Positions 62,391 through 64,000 of a stretch of DNA of 64,000 bases are shown here, one piece after another (the first letter of the stretch is position 1; every line of letters begins with the position of its first letter). The stretch covers positions 1 to 64,000 of IMG/VR virus record IMGVR_UViG_3300025389_000021; one strand, given 5' to 3'. The notes under the pieces were generated by a model. That model saw only the letters and a list, made by a program, of their open reading frames with translations, was not told the DNA's origin and ran no database searches. The stretch is from a virus. Taxonomy: Duplodnaviria; Caudoviricetes. The translations under genes were made by a program, and so were the position numbers.

Positions 62391-64000
62391 TTAGATGGTT
62401 CCTGTACTTTGGCTTTTTCTGGAACGTTAACGTTAAATGTATTTGATGCAGAACCGGTACCTTTGAATTCCTGACTTGGTACACGATTGCCTTTAAGCGT
62501 TTGTGTAAATTGTCCGCCAGCAAATTTGCTTGTAACAGTTAATAGATGATAAAATCCACTCCACATTAATACAGGTGCGCTCTTTGTACTTTTTCCAAAG
62601 TCATATAAACCAGTAGCTTGATTCAAATCAACTGGTGTTCTAAAATTAATAACGATATGCACTTCTCCATTTTGATGATTAATAGTCATATCACTATTGA
62701 GATTTTTGTATTGACTTGGTTTAGCTGTATAATTGCCGTTGCCACTTTGTGCAATATAGTAAGGATCGCCTATTATGTCCATCTCTAACTGTTGCATGGC
62801 TGACTGATCATTTACAGCATCGTGAAATAGTCTAGCCGCACGGGTATTAGGAGTTTCAAGTCCACCGCCGCCTTTGTTATCTGATTTTGTTTTAGTGCCA
62901 GTATATCTAACTTGTGACGGAACTGTTCCTTTTTGAGCTTTTTGTCCATCTGGCAAAGGATTAGAATTATTTAATTTAGGTTCTGCGGCACTGTCTGAGT
63001 CGGCTAATTTTGCATCGGCTGTTTGATCTATTGCCGTTGCTCCCATTATGGCTGCAAAAGAAGTTTTGAAACTTAAATTAAATCTTATAACATCAACGTT
63101 TTTTCCAGTATAGATGTAATTGTATTCTTTAACAATTTGTTTTTTAAGTTCAGTAAACCCTGAAGCTTTTGTATTAGGTGCCATAAGTTTAGTAGAATGT
63201 ACTTCATAGGGCACTACCCTGTACACTATAATTCTAGGTTGTCTACCTGTAGTTTTTTCATTAGAATTATCGCTGACAATAAAAACTTGTGTGTCAATTC
63301 TCCACCACACTTTCATACCGTCTTTAGTTACTTGTGCTTCGCCTAGTGCGCTGGATGCATATTCGCTGTTTAACAATACTTGATTTATTGCTGTTGGTAT
63401 ATCAGTATCTTGGCTAAACCTAATGTCACTAATTTTAGGATCTACAGTATTGTTACTGCGTATAACATTGCCTTTACTGTCAATTACCTTGTTGTCTTTG
63501 CCCACAGGTGCATCACCTTTTCTAGTGTCGCTAAATCCCATTTTGGCTTTGCCAAGTTCGTTCACATTGGCAGGATCTTGTACAAATGTATTGTTGCCTG
63601 GAACTTTGCTTTGCACCAAATGTAATTGCTGTGTGATTGCAGACATTGTTGATGTAGATATAGTTGCTCCAGACGAATTTTCACCCTTTGACTGTGTTGA
63701 TCCAGCTGCCGAAGAAGAAATATCTTTGGGAAAAAGAATAAAAATTTGATCAGGAGTTTTTACAATACCTTTTTTTACTTGATCTTTTAGTCGTTGATTG
63801 ATAACCACTTGCAAACTTTTTTCTCCTGTTTGCAAAACTTCTTGTACAGTAATACCTTTTACACTTACATCAGTTTTTATTTCACTGTTGTGTGCGCTGT
63901 GTGCTTCTCCGTTGGCTGCTGTACATTCGCAATGATAAACTGACCCGTGTTCGTTCACTGTCATTTCGATATTCAAAAATTTGAAAGGAATCTTTCTACT
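62387..64000 (-). CDS. Baseplate hub/tail protein (5'-partial)
   Basis: The frame is open to the window edge. Contains KEYNYIYTGKN.D, M.I.GDPYY and SG.Y....V.S.F..GQFTQ.L, typical of hub proteins preceding gp5. Confidence 0.6.
   Translation of the reverse strand, partial: SRKIPFKFLNIEMTVNEHGSVYHCECTAANGEAHSAHNSEIKTDVSVKGITVQEVLQTGEKSLQVVINQRLKDQVKKGIVKTPDQIFILFPKDISSSAAGSTQSKGENSSGATISTSTMSAITQQLHLVQSKVPGNNTFVQDPANVNELGKAKMGFSDTRKGDAPVGKDNKVIDSKGNVIRSNNTVDPKISDIRFSQDTDIPTAINQVLLNSEYASSALGEAQVTKDGMKVWWRIDTQVFIVSDNSNEKTTGRQPRIIVYRVVPYEVHSTKLMAPNTKASGFTELKKQIVKEYNYIYTGKNVDVIRFNLSFKTSFAAIMGATAIDQTADAKLADSDSAAEPKLNNSNPLPDGQKAQKGTVPSQVRYTGTKTKSDNKGGGGLETPNTRAARLFHDAVNDQSAMQQLEMDIIGDPYYIAQSGNGNYTAKPSQYKNLNSDMTINHQNGEVHIVINFRTPVDLNQATGLYDFGKSTKSAPVLMWSGFYHLLTVTSKFAGGQFTQTLKGNRVPSQEFKGTGSASNTFNVNVPEKAKVQEPSK

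Noticed and set aside
25425-63749. Short plus-strand ORFs within the structural region
   Set aside because: They are antisense shadows caused by the codon bias of Thr/Ser/Gly-rich minus-strand genes.
1-64000. Alternative genetic code, introns, inteins or homing endonucleases
   Set aside because: Genes are full length under code 11 with TAA, TAG and TGA all used as stops. PolB, ThyX and RNase H are uninterrupted and of normal size.

Overview
A 64-kb segment of a large, AT-rich, T4-like (myovirus-type) bacteriophage genome read with the standard genetic code. The left ~24 kb is on the + strand. It holds replication and nucleotide genes (family-B DNA polymerase, probable sliding clamp, T4-type RNase H/5'-3' exonuclease, ThyX, MoxR-type AAA ATPase plus VWA metallopeptidase). 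Interleaved with these is a 7-deazaguanine DNA-modification cluster: a TGT/DpdA-like transglycosylase, a QueD-fold protein with an LxxxHRHxF motif, FolE and QueE, with no QueC or canonical QueD in the window. The cluster also carries a short UDP-glucose-dehydrogenase-like enzyme, a Gfo/Idh/MocA plus Zn-alcohol-dehydrogenase pair, a GT-B glycosyltransferase, a phosphoribosyltransferase and a cupin. This is the best candidate for a new system: a sugar-decorated or otherwise novel deazaguanine hypermodification. The right ~40 kb is on the - strand and is virion morphogenesis: gp5-, gp25- and gp6-like baseplate proteins, a 5229-aa giant baseplate protein, a 19-repeat Thr-rich fibre, a prodomain-less S53 protease and several tail fibres. 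It ends in four glycosyltransferase-like genes that could glycosylate the virion. Several sigma70-type promoters, T4-late-like ATAAATA motifs and regulatory hairpins are visible. No tRNA, rRNA, CRISPR array or mobile element was recognised. All functional calls come from motif recognition, not database searches.
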